Assembly (NCBI GenBank): GCA_963833095.1
Contig: CAWHWQ010000005.1
Span: forward strand, 416,001 to 480,000
DNA: 64,000 nt
Origin: Vulcanimicrobiota bacterium
Lineage (GTDB): Bacteria > Vulcanimicrobiota > Vulcanimicrobiia > Vulcanimicrobiales > Vulcanimicrobiaceae
Direction: 5' to 3'
Every line of letters starts with the position of its first letter. Position 1 is the stretch's first letter. Below, in pieces: positions 63,031-64,000 of this stretch. The position numbers and the translations under genes are program-made. The notes beneath the pieces are model-generated. The model saw only the letters and a program-made list of their open reading frames with translations, made no database searches and had not been told where the DNA came from.

Positions 63031-64000
63031 GGCGACGAGCTACACGCGAGCGCCATATCCGGCCGCGCGTTCCAGTACGTGTCGCGGATCACGGGGTTGA
63101 AGCCGGCGTTGATGACGACGTTTTCGAGATCGCGGCGCGTTGCTTCGTTGGTGCTGCCGGCGTCGTGCACGACTTGCTCTTCGATGATCGTTCCGCCCAT
63201 GTCGTCGCAGCCGTAGAACAGGGCCATCTGGCCCATCTTGAGGCCGGGCGTTAGCCACGAAGCCTGCAGATGCGGGAAGTTGTCCATGTAGAGCCGCGAG
63301 ACGGCGAGCACGCGCAGGTACTCCAGACGCCGTCGATTCCTTTCCGCGCAGCGGCGTTTTGAACGGGACGTAATACCACGGAATGAACGCGGTAAAGCCG
63401 CCGGTTTCGTCTTGCAGTTCGCGCAGGACGTGCATGTGCTCGATGCGTTCTTCGGCGGTCTCGATCGAGCCGAACATCATCGTCGCGGTCGTCGGCATTT
63501 CCAGCAGCTGCGCCTCGCGCATGACGCCGAGCCATTCGTCCGGCTTGACCTTGCGCGCGGAGATCCGCTTGCGAACGCGCTCGACTAGAATCTCGGCGCC
63601 GGCGCCGGGCAGCGATTTCATGCCGGCGGCTTTGAGGCGCACGAGCACTTCGCGGACGCGGCATGTTCTCGATCTTGGCGAGAGCCGACGACTTCGGAGA
63701 CCGAGAGCGAGTGGATGTCCACCTGCGGAAACTCGCGCGCGACGCGCGTTGGAAAGCGCTTCGAACCACTCGAGCGCCGAGCTCGGGGTTGACGCCGCCT
63801 TGGATCATGATTTGCGTCGCGCCCTGATCGGCTGCGTATTTCACGCGCTCGAGCACCTTGTCGTGCGACATGGTGTAGCCTTCTTTGTGATGCTCGGGCC
63901 GGAAGAACGCGCAGAACGTGCAGTGCACGTTGCAGACGTTGGTGTAGTTGATCGTCGTATCGATCACGTAGGTGACGACGTTGCGTCGGATAGAGCTGCA
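63027..64000 (-). CDS. mqnC: Cyclic dehypoxanthine futalosine synthase (radical SAM), 5'-truncated by window and frameshifted
   Basis: INYTNVCNVHCTFCAF, QGGVNP, PGAGAEIL, TATMMFG, QASW, GCDDMGGT. Confidence 0.88.

Overview
GC-rich bacterial chromosomal window of mostly housekeeping genes. Gene content and style suggest Candidatus Eremiobacterota (WPS-2/Vulcanimicrobiota), which is an inference only. In order it carries: pmbA/tldD/dacB/pepN, an SDR, a DsbA-family protein, an RND permease, tRNA-Leu(GAG), oppBC, a partial lysine-fermentation cluster (kce, kamC, kamB), mntP, proline dehydrogenase, dtd, rpoD-dnaG, ppdK, glyQS, an ilvB-ilvN-ilvC-ilvD-ilvE-leuA operon with a leader-peptide attenuator, rlmN, udg, prfB (programmed frameshift), secA, a GAF kinase, an LCP protein, rimO, yajQ, rodZ, mnmA and mqnC. 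Blocks at about 11.9-14.7 kb, 47.8-60.7 kb and 63-64 kb are full of indels in essential genes, most likely uncorrected long-read errors. No integrase, transposase, prophage or CRISPR array was seen. The best novelty candidate is non-coding, at 40.9-41.95 kb. A 72-nt tRNA/tmRNA-like element (perfect T-arm, acceptor stem with G3:U70 and A73, aberrant D and anticodon arms) is followed by a near-perfect antisense copy of its own 5' half. A second copy of that downstream unit, with compensatory stem changes, lies on the far side of an orphan gene. Also notable are a complete, probably leaderless Ile/Leu/Val attenuator and two structured intergenic elements that share a CAGGATG hairpin.
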